Shown here: positions 51,388 to 61,859 of the stretch, one piece after another
Layout: each line of letters starts with the position of its first letter
How positions within the stretch are numbered: position 1 is the stretch's first letter
Assembly (NCBI GenBank): GCA_034188985.1
Contig: JAXHVT010000027.1
Span: forward strand, 11,343 to 75,342
DNA length: 64,000 nt
Direction: 5' to 3'
From: Actinomycetota bacterium
Lineage (GTDB): Bacteria; Actinomycetota; Geothermincolia; Geothermincolales; RBG-13-55-18
Program-made: the position numbers and the translations under genes
The notes under the pieces: generated by a model
The model's input: the letters and a program-made list of their open reading frames with translations, nothing else
Told to the model about the DNA's origin: nothing
Database searches by the model: none

Positions 51388-52707
51388 TTAGATCTGGCCG
51401 CTGATGCCGCTGGAGGCATCCTCCATTAAGCGGGAAGGACCGGCCGTACTATCACCCGCGAATAGCGAGAGCTGGCGCACCATGGCGTTTTGCCGTTGCA
51501 CCGGCTCGTATACGGTGGAGATACCCCGCCTTATCCGCTCCTTGCTGGCATTGGAGTCGGCATAATACCTTCCGCTGCAGGTTATAAAGAACCTGGCCCG
51601 TTTGAGCACGACCCCTATCTTCTTCAAGTCGCCGAAGTCCAGGGAATGGGAGCGCCGCGCGGCGAGGATCCTCCTGGCCGATTTAACCCCCAGTCCCGGC
51701 ACACGGAGCAGGGTTTCGTAATCGGCCCGGTTGATCTCCACGGGGAAGAAATCGAGGTGGCGTAGAGCCCAGCCGGACTTGGGGTCGAGTTCCCGGTCCA
51801 GGTGGGGATGTTCGTCATCCAGAATCTCCTCCGACCTGAAATTGTAGCAGCGCATGAGCCAATCCGCCTGGTAGAGACGATGTTCACGCAGCAGTGGGGG
51901 TTCCTCCAGGTGGGGCAGTCGTGGATCCTCGGACACTGGCACGAAGGCGGAGTAGTAAATCCTTTTCAGGCCGTAGCCGCGGTACAGGCCCTCGGCCAGC
52001 GAGACGATGCGCAGATCGCTTTCGGGGGAGGCTCCCACTATGAGCTGGGTGCTCTGACCTGCCGGAATAAACGCGGGCGCTTTCTTGAAGCGCTTGCGTT
52101 CATCCTTGTTCTCGACAATACCGGAGGACATATGTCCCATTGGTCCAAGGATGTCTTGTTTCGTCTTCTGCGGCGCCAGCAGTCTCAGGCTCCTCTCCGA
52201 GGGCAGCTCGATATTCACGCTCATGCGGTCTGCGAAAGCTCCTGCCCGGCTTATGAGCTGGGAATCGGCCCCGGGAATGGCTTTGAGATGGATATAACCG
52301 TTGAAACCGTGCTCTAGGCGCAGTTTCTTCACCGTGCTCAGGAGCATCTCCATGGTATAGTCCGGGCTCACCCACACCGCCGAGCTGAGGAAAAGCCCCT
52401 CTATATAATTACGCCGGTAGAAGTTGAGGGTCAGGTCCACCACCTCATCCGGTGTAAAAGAAGCCCTCGGCCGCTGGGCGGAGGCACGATTGGCGCAGTA
52501 GGCGCAATCGTATATACAGCGGTTGGAGAAGAGTATCTTCAACAGCGATATGCAGCGCCCGTCGTCGGACCAGCTATGGCAGACGCCGTAGACGGAACAA
52601 TTACCCGTCTCGCCCTTCCGGCCGTCGCGGCGAACACCGCCGGAAGCGCAGGATACATCGTAGCGGGCGGCCGCCCCCAGTATCCTCAGCTTCGACTTCA
52701 GGTCCAT
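51388..52707 (-). CDS. Putative DNA modification/repair radical SAM protein (TIGR03916-type) with HhH motif
   Basis: ARYDVSC, GVCHSW..DGRCISLLK, CIYDCAYC, REHRLYQADW, LLRVPGLG. Confidence 0.92.
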   Translation of the reverse strand: MDLKSKLRILGAAARYDVSCASGGVRRDGRKGETGNCSVYGVCHSWSDDGRCISLLKILFSNRCIYDCAYCANRASAQRPRASFTPDEVVDLTLNFYRRNYIEGLFLSSAVWVSPDYTMEMLLSTVKKLRLEHGFNGYIHLKAIPGADSQLISRAGAFADRMSVNIELPSERSLRLLAPQKTKQDILGPMGHMSSGIVENKDERKRFKKAPAFIPAGQSTQLIVGASPESDLRIVSLAEGLYRGYGLKRIYYSAFVPVSEDPRLPHLEEPPLLREHRLYQADWLMRCYNFRSEEILDDEHPHLDRELDPKSGWALRHLDFFPVEINRADYETLLRVPGLGVKSARRILAARRSHSLDFGDLKKIGVVLKRARFFITCSGRYYADSNASKERIRRGISTVYEPVQRQNAMVRQLSLFAGDSTAGPSRLMEDASSGISGQI

Positions 52708-53155
52708 GGCGCCTCCATCGCCTCATGCTTCACGCGTTACACCCCGTGCCCTCTCCTCTCCCCCCGCTGCTTTATGCCGCGAATCTAATACCCCTCATAC
52801 AGTATGAACAAAGGTGGTGACATCAAGGCATGCCTGTCGCGGGATTCCCGCGGGGCCATGGAGGCGCCAGACATGTGAAGACGCTCGTGCCGAAGCGTGA
52901 AACCATGTAAGGCGCCGCCGCCGGCTTGCTGTCGCTTACGTATGGTTAAATGTATGTCGGCGTCATCCATCCGGAATGATGGAAAGATCCACCGGGTCGA
53001 TAACCTGGGGGTTGCTTTATACATACCCATACAGGGGGCAGGCTGTTAGGATTATTCCCGCAACTGCCATATATCGGGGACCGAACCGGTCCGGGCGGCG
53101 AGATCGGCGGCCCCGTCTGAGGGAAACATGCGGGACCATGAACCGGGAGACGTAT

Positions 53156-53977
53156 ATGAGAAGAGACATGTTCAGCATCGGTGAGTTCTCAAGGGTGAGC
53201 AGGATGAGCGTCAAGACCCTGCGCTTCTACGACGAACACGGCCTGTTAAGACCCGGCCATATCGACCCCGGCAGTGGCTACCGTTATTACAGCTCAGTGC
53301 AGTTGGGCGAGGCCAACCTTATCCGCCTGCTGCGCTCCCTTGAGCTACCCCTGGAGGATATCCAGTCGTTCCTGAGGCTCAGGGAGGGTGAGGAACGGAG
53401 GTCCCTATTGGAGAGGCACCGCACCAGGATCGAGGAGCGCCTGGAGGGTTACCGTTCCGTCATCTCCTCGATCGAACGCATGATAGGGAGCGAGGACCGA
53501 GGAATGAAGCGCCATGTCGAGGTCAAGGAAGTGGTGGAACAGGATGCGTTGTCGACACGCTTTCTTACCTCCCTCGACACGCTGACCGAATGCTTCACGA
53601 AGGCCTTCGAAAAGATCCCCCCCTTGCTGCGCGAAAGATCGCAAAATCCCGTTGGACCTCCCTGCACCCCCTACTACGGGGAGGAATTCGACGAGAGCGA
53701 CATCGATATGGAGGTATGTATTCCGGTCGGCCGCGTCATGGGGGAGGGGGGATGTAACGGCGAGGCGGCTTCCCGGTGGGAGAATGGCCTCCACCCTGCA
53801 CATGGGCCCCTATCACGAGTTGGCCGAGGCCTACCAGGCCCTGAACCTGCGGGCAAAGGAACGGGGTTACCGCTACACCGGGCCCGTCCGGGAGATCTAT
53901 CTGGTATACCCCGACATGGTGGAAATGATGCCGACCTGCGCATGGAGATCCTTTTTCCCATAGGTGAGCCGGAGTAA
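53156..53977 (+). pseudogene. MerR family regulator with GyrI-like effector domain, carrying two compensating frameshifts
   Basis: FSIGEFS..KTLRFYD..GLL..SGYRYY; effector homology moves to the 53652..53963 frame near 53750 and returns near 53925. Confidence 0.8.
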
Positions 53978-54118
53978 AAAGGCTTTTCGCCGGGGTGGCC
54001 TGGAGCCTTTCTCGGGCCGTACCTCTTTACTCATACCCCCCACGAGAGCCCGGCGAAGGCTCTTACGTTTTCCGCCGTTCCCATGTTTCCGAGACGTCGA
54101 AAATGGTGAGAATAGTTA

Positions 54119-54151
54119 TTGACCCTCCCCTATGAGGGGAAGCTTGAGGAT
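54119..54151 (+). promoter_or_regulatory. MerR-type promoter/operator
   Basis: TTGACC followed by dyad tcccct-atg-agggga in a long spacer, upstream of the GyrI-like gene. Confidence 0.75.
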
Positions 54152-54219
54152 GGGGGGCGAGGAGGCAGGCTAGAGGCGCCCGCGAGGCCGGCGTCTCGCT
54201 GAGAGAAAAGGAGGATACC

Positions 54220-54690
54220 GTGGATTACCAGGTGGAGCTGAATGAGATCGCACCCCAGCCGGTAGCGGAGATGCGCTTTGTAACCTCTATGCAGAAGATC
54301 GGCGAGGATATAGGCATCGCCTTCCAGAAGATCTTCGCCTACCTGTGCGAGACGGGTGAGAATCCGGTCGGCCCCCCATTTACCCTATATTTCTACGAAG
54401 GGGAGTTCGACCCAGACAACATCGATATGGAGGTTTGTATCCCTGTATCCCGCGTGCTGGAGGGCAAGGGTGAGGTCATAGGCAGGGAGGTACCGGGTGG
54501 TATCATGGCCTCCACCATGCATTTCGGCCCTTACATAGGGCTAGAGCCCGCCTACAAGGCCATCGACGCCTGGGTGAAGGATAACGGCTACCGCTACTCG
54601 GGCCCTGCCAGGGAGGTCTATTTAAACGATCCCAACCAGGTGGACGAGAAGGACCTGCAGACGAAGATCCTCATGCAAGTAAGCAAATAG
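54220..54690 (+). CDS. GyrI-like small-molecule binding protein
   Basis: AGGAGG RBS; P.GPPF, E.CIPV, H.GPY, REVYL.DP. Confidence 0.88.
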   Translation: MDYQVELNEIAPQPVAEMRFVTSMQKIGEDIGIAFQKIFAYLCETGENPVGPPFTLYFYEGEFDPDNIDMEVCIPVSRVLEGKGEVIGREVPGGIMASTMHFGPYIGLEPAYKAIDAWVKDNGYRYSGPAREVYLNDPNQVDEKDLQTKILMQVSK

Positions 54691-54958
54691 CGCGCGAGCT
54701 ACGAGGGGGAGTTCGACGAGGCATTTATCCATGCGGGAGACCGGCATCGGCTCCCGCATTCGATTACGCTTGTCCGCGGGTCGGACAATGCCGTGTGCTT
54801 TAATTCATATGACCGGGTATAACCGTTTATAAGTGGGCTTTCCCGGCGTGAGTGGCCGGCGATGTGGGCTCCGTGTGGCCGTGAGCCCGGCACGCTGGCT
54901 TGGCCTATGGGGAAAAGCCGCAGGTCTTCAGAGCTCCACGGACAGGGAAAGGGGTTTA

Positions 54959-55828
54959 ATGATGGCTTGGCGGGAGCAGGCGAAGTGGATGACCGATTTT
55001 CTTCGGTTCATGGTACAAACGCTTGGCGTCAGGATGCTCCGCGAGGAGGAAATGGATAAGGTGAAGGCGATTCGACTCGGTAGTGACCTCGGCCGCAAGT
55101 TCGCCTTCTGCCAGGCCCTGTCCGCTGCCGACCGCATGGGTATCCCGGTGCTTTTAACCGGGCAGGACGAGGGGTGCATCATGGTGCTTCCCGCCTTCGG
55201 CATGGTCAGGTTCGACCCGCCCAACAAAATCCCCGAGTCACAGAGCGACATGGGATGGGTAAAGGACGTGGAGACCGCCTGCAAGCTGGTCAACAAGCAG
55301 GGACCCGCCCGTCCTACCCCAGGGAGAGTACGCCGGCTTCTATGCCTGCCCCCTGGAGACCATGGAGCTGCGTCCCGAGGTGATCATGGTCTACGGAAAC
55401 CCCTTTCAGATAACACGCATGGTGCAAGTGTATAATTACGCAACAGGCGAGGGGCTTGAATCCATATGCCAGGGATTCGCTGGGACCTGCGTAGGTGGAT
55501 TCCTATTCACCCGCCACAAGAACAAGCCCCAGATAGTGCTGCCCGGTTACGGCGACCGGGCCCTGGCCCGGGTGGAGGATCACGAGATGGCCTTCCCTTT
55601 ACCCTGGACCATATGGAGGCCTTGCGCGAGGGGATCGAGGACGCGGGGAAGCGCTCCGGCCAGCCCTGGCCACCCTACAAATATTCCATATGCGACGTGG
55701 ATTTTCCCAAGCTCAATCCCACATACGTGGAACACGAGAGGTACCTGGAACGGCTCCAAAGACCCACGACAGCGATATTACCACGACAGGGCCACCAAGA
55801 ATCGTCAGAAGATAGGGTCAGGCAATGA
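54959..55828 (+). pseudogene. Frameshifted DUF169-like protein
   Basis: FCQAL, GC, P.VI.VYGNP.Q, C.G..C, PG.GDR..E.AF split over three frames. Confidence 0.7.
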
Positions 55829-55841
55829 CATCTTACATTTT
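55805..55841 (+). repeat. REP-like element, diverged
   Basis: tcagaagatagggtcaggcaatgacatcttacatttt. Confidence 0.8.
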
Positions 55842-56104
55842 CCAGGTCGGAGAATGTCAGAAGAGAGGGTCACCCCCAGGAATCTGACATCCAGACTGTT
55901 AATCTACCGATCCCTCCGGCTTACGCTCCTTAAGCGGCCATCGCGGCCGGATGCTCTGACAAGCGAGCATTGCCGTCGATATCACGGATGCGGACCCTCC
56001 CCCGATGTGACGGTGCCCGAGTTGGGCGGAGTCTGAACCGCGTGGCAACCACGATGGCCCGATAGAATAGCCCGATAACCTCGAACGGGACCTTGTCGCC
56101 ACGT

Positions 56105-56863
56105 CTATTGGACTACAGGCGATGCTTCAGGATTGAAGGGATTCATCCTCACGTTCAGGGAATAAAGGTAGGGATACTCCTGCTTGAGATGTTTCATATA
56201 GCCGAGCCATTCCCTCAGCAACAGGCTGTACGCCCTGCCGATGTCGCCACAGATATGCTCCATGTCCTCCTCGGGAAGCCCGGTCATTTTATCCCTCAGA
56301 TCCAGTTCCTCCGTTAGATGGAAGACCGACCAGAGGAGATCGGTAAAGGTCTCGTGTTCCAGAAGATTGGGATTCTCCAGCAGGGTCAGCAGAAAATCCC
56401 GCTTCTTATTGAGAAAGTCACGCAGGTCCTCGAGATCTTCTTCCCTGCTGCCTATCCTGCACTCGTGCCTCTGCAGGGTTCTGCTAGCCTCGAGAAAATC
56501 CTTGTCCGTCCAGCCCAACTCCAGGAGCATCGAGTTCTCAATTTCCGCGCACTCCGTGTCGAAATCGGAAAGGCCCTGGAGAAGCTTGGATCCCATCTCG
56601 CTGAAGAAGGCACCGATGACCATGTTGAGCTTCTCCATCCTGGTGCGCCTCTCCCTTACGTCCAGCAGGCGATGGACGATCAGGGTCACCAGCAGGACCT
56701 CGACGGGAAGGAAGGCAAGGTCCCCTAGCATATAGATGAAGATGTGGTGGGAGTCCCTGAAAAAGGCGAAATGTATTACGTAAAGCACCACGGAAAGCAA
56801 CACCAGGGCAATACCCAGCAGGACATACCAGTCGTAGTACCATTTCCATCTCCGGTTCTCCAT
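56105..56863 (-). CDS. Conserved hypothetical membrane protein (2 N-terminal TM helices)
   Basis: Clean ORF; AFLPVEVLLVT, LENPNLLEHE.F..LL..VFHL.EEL, YPYLYSL..R.NPF. Confidence 0.8.
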   Translation of the reverse strand: MENRRWKWYYDWYVLLGIALVLLSVVLYVIHFAFFRDSHHIFIYMLGDLAFLPVEVLLVTLIVHRLLDVRERRTRMEKLNMVIGAFFSEMGSKLLQGLSDFDTECAEIENSMLLELGWTDKDFLEASRTLQRHECRIGSREEDLEDLRDFLNKKRDFLLTLLENPNLLEHETFTDLLWSVFHLTEELDLRDKMTGLPEEDMEHICGDIGRAYSLLLREWLGYMKHLKQEYPYLYSLNVRMNPFNPEASPVVQ

Positions 56864-57074
56864 AGATCATCAACCCCTTATATGAACCTCCAGGAAATCC
56901 CGTTTATAATGGGATTCTACCTCAATATAGATATGGGTGTTTGATGTGAATCAGGGCGATCGCTTGCGATAGCGAATAGGGAACAACCCACGGGAAGTGT
57001 GCTTATTCATCTCAGGGTCAATCTCCTGATACGGCTCCTTGATCCTGGATACCTGATACGAGCGTGGTAAACAG

Positions 57075-57107
57075 AATGTCCGAGTCGGTGACTGACCCCG
57101 GTTTCTG
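57075..57107 (-). repeat. REP-like element, diverged
   Basis: aatgtccgagtcggtgactgaccccggtttctg. Confidence 0.75.
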
Positions 57108-57218
57108 CCGTTTCTGTAATGGTTCTTTCTGGATGAAAGGGCAAGGTGAAGAATCATTTATCATATATGATGATTAACGATGTCTACTGCGTCAAAGACA
57201 GCAAAGGGGGTCCTTTCT

Positions 57219-58630
57219 ATGCATCACAACATCGACCCCGGCGACTAATACGAAGTCGTCGTGGTTGGGGCGGGCTTCGGAGGACCGTTGACGGCCAGGA
57301 AATGCGCCCGTGCCGGTTTCAGGACCCTGATGATTGAGAGGTCGGCTGAGGTGGGTAAAAGGCCATATCCGGTCTCACCATACCTTTCTACGGTTTCCTG
57401 TTCGGTCCCGATTTCATCAGGGACGACAACCCGCCCATCGAGAGACCGGTGGATAGGATAATCAACTACATCATCAAGGACGTGGAAACCGGAGACATCG
57501 AGATAGATAACTCCCTCGGGCTGCCCAAACCACTCTCACCGGTTATCGCCTTCGGCTACAACGCCTACTGCAAGCCTCTCTGCAAATGAGAAGCGGAGAA
57601 AGTGGCGGAGTCCGGGGTGGGGCTGGTAACCTCCACGACCGTGGTCGACATCATCAGGGAGAACGGTTACATCAGGGGGGTGACGATGGAAAAGGGGTGG
57701 AAGATAAAGGCGAGGCTGGTCATCGACGCCTGGGGCACTCAGGACAATCTCTCCATAAAGGCCGGCATCAGAGAGAGATACGCGGCGGAATCCATCGAGC
57801 TTTATATGATCTGAGACATGGAGATGGCCAAGCGGGACGTGGACGAGGTGTTCGGCAGCAGCATGGAGTTCTTCCACGCCTTCCCCGAGGAAAAGATCGG
57901 GGCTCCCCTTGGATACGGCTCCACTCTCTATATCTTCACCTACCGTGACAGCATCCATCCCGGCCTGGGTCAGTTCCCGGTCACCGAGGGGAAAACGCCC
58001 ACCCTTGCCAAGCTCATCCCCGAGTACTTTAAGAACTTCACCACCAGAGTAACCCGCTGGAAGAGGGATATCGCCCCCAAGGCAAGGCTGCGCGGGGTGA
58101 TGTTCGACGTATGCCCCATCTACGCCGGCTTGCTGCCACGTACCAGGCAGATGGGAGTTTACGGCGGAGGCATGATAATCATGGGCGACGCCGCGGGCTA
58201 CAAGGCCTCGGCTTTCGGCGACGGCGTCCCCAACGCCTGGTTCTCCGGTGACATCGCTGCTGACGTGGCTATCGAGGCGGTAACCTCGGGAAACGCATCC
58301 GCCTCCTTCCTCAAGACGCTACGAGGAACGGGTACACGCGCACCCCTTTATCATCCATACCATCTCCGATACGCGCAGGTGAAACATGCGCCTGTTGCTG
58401 AAGAGCCGCGACGAGGGGGAGTTCAAGGCCAAGGTCCGCGACCACTGGGGCATCGGAGCCTTCAAGTACGGCGACATGGGAGGACCTTTCCTGAATGCAA
58501 CACGCGATATGGTAAGAAAAAACCCGCGGTGGTCATGCAGTGGTGAGACATGTTCGGACGCTACTTCAACAACTGGGAGCGCAACAGCTTCGACCCCCCA
58601 CGGACTGGTCGCGCGCCGCCGACGCCTGAC
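57219..58630 (+). pseudogene. Decayed FAD-dependent oxidoreductase (FixC/geranylgeranyl reductase-like)
   Basis: VVGAGFGG, VIDA.G, GDAAG; one TAA, three TGA and frameshifts; end approximate. Confidence 0.85.
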
Positions 58631-58802
58631 CGCCCCCCCAGCGCCCGCACCCGAAAAGTCGCCCGGGTACGGCATCCCGGACAACTCTCCAAGCCCTCCT
58701 TGCACGGGGCGTGAATCGGAGGCGCTTGACCCACATGTACCTGACACGGGTTCCACGCCAAAGACTTCTTACCCGGTTATCTACCGAGGAACTTCCCTGT
58801 CT

Positions 58803-59477
58803 CTAAACCCGGGCCGGGATGAGGTCGCAGAAGTAAAAGCGGCCGTCTCTCAGTACCACCTCGCCCCTTCGGAAGTTCACCGCCTCTTTGAAAGGGGGAC
58901 CGTCGAACACGAAGGTGTGGAACTCGCCGTTCTCGCCTCCGGGGTCCACTCCGGGGGGAAGCTCGGACAGCAGCCGTTCATCGAAGTGCCTTCCCGCGAA
59001 ATCCCCATCCAGTAGATCCGAATCGACACAGGTTATCACAGCCTTGAAGCCCAAGCGGATGAAATCATGGGCCAGGGAAGAGGAGGGCCTCCCCCACAGA
59101 GGGAAAAGGCAGCGCATTCCCACCTCCTGCATGTTCTCCTCCCTGTATCTCCTTACGTCCCGTAGGTATATATCCCCGAAGACCACGGCCGAGACGCCCT
59201 CGTCCCTGAAGCCCTCGAGTGCCTCCCGCATCAGTGACTCGTATTCCCGGTTGGATGGATTGGGTGACAGTACTATCTCCCTGGAGGGCATCCCCAGGGA
59301 CGAAGCCTGGCGGCGTAGAAGCTCCCGCCTTACCCCATGCATGCTGACCCTTTCGTATTCACCGCTGACCGTGGTCAGTAAGGCCTGGATGCTATACAGA
59401 TCGTTTTTCTGTATCTCGTGCAGGGCGAGAGCGCTGTCCTTTCCACAGCTCCACGACATAATAACCCTCTCGGCCAT
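58803..59477 (-). CDS. Diphthine--ammonia ligase-like PP-loop ATP-binding protein
   Basis: SWSCGKDS, MHG, FGDI, PLW, DP.GENGEFHTFV.DGP.F. Confidence 0.88.
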   Translation of the reverse strand: MAERVIMSWSCGKDSALALHEIQKNDLYSIQALLTTVSGEYERVSMHGVRRELLRRQASSLGMPSREIVLSPNPSNREYESLMREALEGFRDEGVSAVVFGDIYLRDVRRYREENMQEVGMRCLFPLWGRPSSSLAHDFIRLGFKAVITCVDSDLLDGDFAGRHFDERLLSELPPGVDPGGENGEFHTFVFDGPPFKEAVNFRRGEVVLRDGRFYFCDLIPARV

Positions 59478-59572
59478 CTCGAGCCTTACCTCCTTCTTTA
59501 CCAGGTAATGCCGCATGCAGAAGCCGGAATTTAATTCTACAATCTTGGGCTGGCCTTTTGTGGGGATAAGGC

Positions 59573-59646
59573 AAAATGCCAGATGTCAGTACCTGGCCCC
59601 TCTTCTGACCAGCAAAATGTCCGATGTCGGTAGACCCCATCTTCTG
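59573..59646 (-). repeat. Two tandem REP-like elements
   Basis: aaaatgccagatgtcagtacctggcccctcttctga and aaaatgtccgatgtcggtagaccccatcttctg. Confidence 0.85.
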
Positions 59647-59729
59647 GCAGAGTACTACTTCTGGCGGCCGCTTTTCACCCTCTCTCGGTATAGTCCTCCG
59701 GTGCGGAAATCACGATTATTTTCCTGAGT

Positions 59730-60530
59730 ATGGCTACTTTTAAACCTTTAACTGCGGATATGGATATCGGAAAGACTTGGAGGGAATTCAAGGAAACGGG
59801 CTCTCCCAAGCTCAAGGAAGCCCTTATACTCCAATACGCCTCACTGGTTAACTCCCTGGCCCGGGGCATACACCTCAAGATGCCGCCCGATATAGAGTAC
59901 GCCGACCTGGTCAGCTACGGGTTCCTCGGGCTGATGGATGCTATAGACAGGTTCGATACCAGCCGTGGCAAGGATTTCTGCGCCTACGCCAAGGCCAGGA
60001 TAAACGGATCCATAATCGACGGCATCCGCTCCGAGAAACGGCTGCCCCGCTCCATCCAGGTCAAGGCGCGGCGGCTCAACCGGGCTTACGAGGCGCTGTC
60101 CTCTCAGCTGCGCCGCTTCCCGGACGAGGAAGAAATGGCCAAATACCTGGATCTGGATATCCAGAAATACCGGCAGACGCTCATAGACATCGGCCATTCC
60201 TACGTGCTGTCGCTGGATGACATCATGTCCTCCTCGGACAACGGCAATGGAGCCATGAACCTCCTGGACTCGTTACGGGATGACAGCGCGCTCGATCCCT
60301 CTGTTGTATCCGAGAGGGAAAGCATACGGGAGATGGTACGTGAGGCCATGGAGCACCTGCCCGAGAGGGAGAAGATAATCCTTTCCCTCTATTACTTCGA
60401 GGATCTCAACATGAAAGAAGTGGGTGAGGTCCTGGATATAACGGAATCGAGGGTCAGCCAGATCCACTCCCTCGCCATGGCTAAGCTCAAGACCTACCTC
60501 TCCAGCCGGCTGAAGAAGCAGCCCGCCTGA
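59730..60530 (+). CDS. FliA/WhiG family RNA polymerase sigma factor
   Basis: DLVSYG..GL.DAI.RFD, RI.G.I.D..R, LPEREK..L.LYY.E.L..KE.G..L.ITESRVSQIH. Confidence 0.92.
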   Translation: MATFKPLTADMDIGKTWREFKETGSPKLKEALILQYASLVNSLARGIHLKMPPDIEYADLVSYGFLGLMDAIDRFDTSRGKDFCAYAKARINGSIIDGIRSEKRLPRSIQVKARRLNRAYEALSSQLRRFPDEEEMAKYLDLDIQKYRQTLIDIGHSYVLSLDDIMSSSDNGNGAMNLLDSLRDDSALDPSVVSERESIREMVREAMEHLPEREKIILSLYYFEDLNMKEVGEVLDITESRVSQIHSLAMAKLKTYLSSRLKKQPA

Positions 60531-60690
60531 AAGGACCCGCACACCATAAAAGCTAACCGGAACCGGCCTAATGGCTCGGATGTCTAATACACCGGGATTA
60601 TGCGACTATCCCCCGAGGATAAAATATCCTTCGGAGCGAAGCTAAATATAGGTCCCGGAAGTACCAACCGGAAGCGCAAGGAGGTCCAGG

Positions 60691-61110
60691 ATGAAGAAAG
60701 CGGTCATAGCGATCACTCCACTCTTGCTGGCGGCCATGATCTTCGCCGGCTGCGGTGGAGGCGATTCAGACGGCACGTCCAGCGGCGGCGCGAAAACCTA
60801 TACCGACTCCGCCGAGACCATCGAGGTGAAGGTGGGAGACGAGTTCGTGATCGCGCTGGATTCCAACGCCACCACGGGTTACGCCTGGCAACTGACCGAG
60901 AATCTGGACGAGGATGTCGTTGAGCTGGTGAGCTCGGAATACGTCATGGACGAAGAGGCCGAGGAAATGGTCGGCGCCGGGGGAGTAGAGGAATGGACCT
61001 TCAAGGCCACAGGCGAGGGCTCCACGACCATATCCCTGGAATACGTGCGCCCCTGGGAGGAGGAAGAGCCCCCGGTACGAGAGGAAGATTTCAAGGTCGA
61101 GGTAAGCTGA
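60691..61110 (+). CDS. Chagasin (I42) protease inhibitor lipoprotein
   Basis: Lipobox FAGC; NATTGYAW, VGAGG, Y.RPWE. Confidence 0.92.
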   Translation: MKKAVIAITPLLLAAMIFAGCGGGDSDGTSSGGAKTYTDSAETIEVKVGDEFVIALDSNATTGYAWQLTENLDEDVVELVSSEYVMDEEAEEMVGAGGVEEWTFKATGEGSTTISLEYVRPWEEEEPPVREEDFKVEVS

Positions 61111-61196
61111 GCGCCCGGAATCAAGCCCGACTCAAAGGTTGCCACTCAAAGAGAGTGGTATTCCTCGTTCTCGGTGCTCAGGCAAAGGATATGGGA

Positions 61197-61565
61197 CTAC
61201 CTGGTACCCAGGGCTTTCTCGATTACCTCCACAACCTTGCCGGGCTGAAAAGGCTTGGTGATGAAATCGAGGACGCCGGCCTCCAGGGCTTCCTTCATTA
61301 ATTGATGCTGCCCCAGGGCGCTGCATATTATTATCCTGGCCTCGGGGTCCATATTCATGATGTTCTTGACCGCGGTAAGGCCGTCCATCTCCGGCATGTT
61401 GATGTCCATTATCACCAGATCGGGTTTCCATCTATCGTAATTCCATATGGCCTCGGTGCCGTTTTCCGCCTCGACTATGGCAGTATAACCGTTCTCGGTA
61501 AGGATGTTGCGAAGCATCATACGCGTGAACAAGGCATCGTCCGCTATCAGTATGGTCGCAGTCAT
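61197..61565 (-). CDS. CheY-like single-domain response regulator
   Basis: IADD, MDINMPEMDG, CSA, KPF. Confidence 0.92.
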   Translation of the reverse strand: MTATILIADDALFTRMMLRNILTENGYTAIVEAENGTEAIWNYDRWKPDLVIMDINMPEMDGLTAVKNIMNMDPEARIIICSALGQHQLMKEALEAGVLDFITKPFQPGKVVEVIEKALGTR

Positions 61566-61859
61566 ATATTCCCCCCGGTTCTTCCGGTTCCTTTCCCCGG
61601 TTTAGCTTGCAACCCTTTTATCTCTTTCAAGCATTCTCCGCCGGGCTTCTATCTTGCCATTATGGCATATACTACCTCGAGGTTAAACGGCTGTTTTGCC
61701 TCCTATTAATTATTCGGACATGACCCACCGGTATTTAAGCATGGTTGCGGTACTATATAAATGTCCACGGCATCGATCCAGGCCATGGGCTCGGGGTGAA
61801 CTCGAAGCGGGCCCCGTTACCCTTACAAGTCCTGGTGTCCTATCATTGAAAGCGCAGCC

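Noticed and set aside
57219-58630. TGA-to-Trp or selenocysteine recoding
   Set aside because: The same gene also has a TAA and frameshifts, and intact genes in the window use TGA as stop.
59730-61565. Flagellar/chemotaxis operon
   Set aside because: Only a FliA/WhiG sigma factor and a CheY-like gene, in convergent orientation, with no other motility genes.
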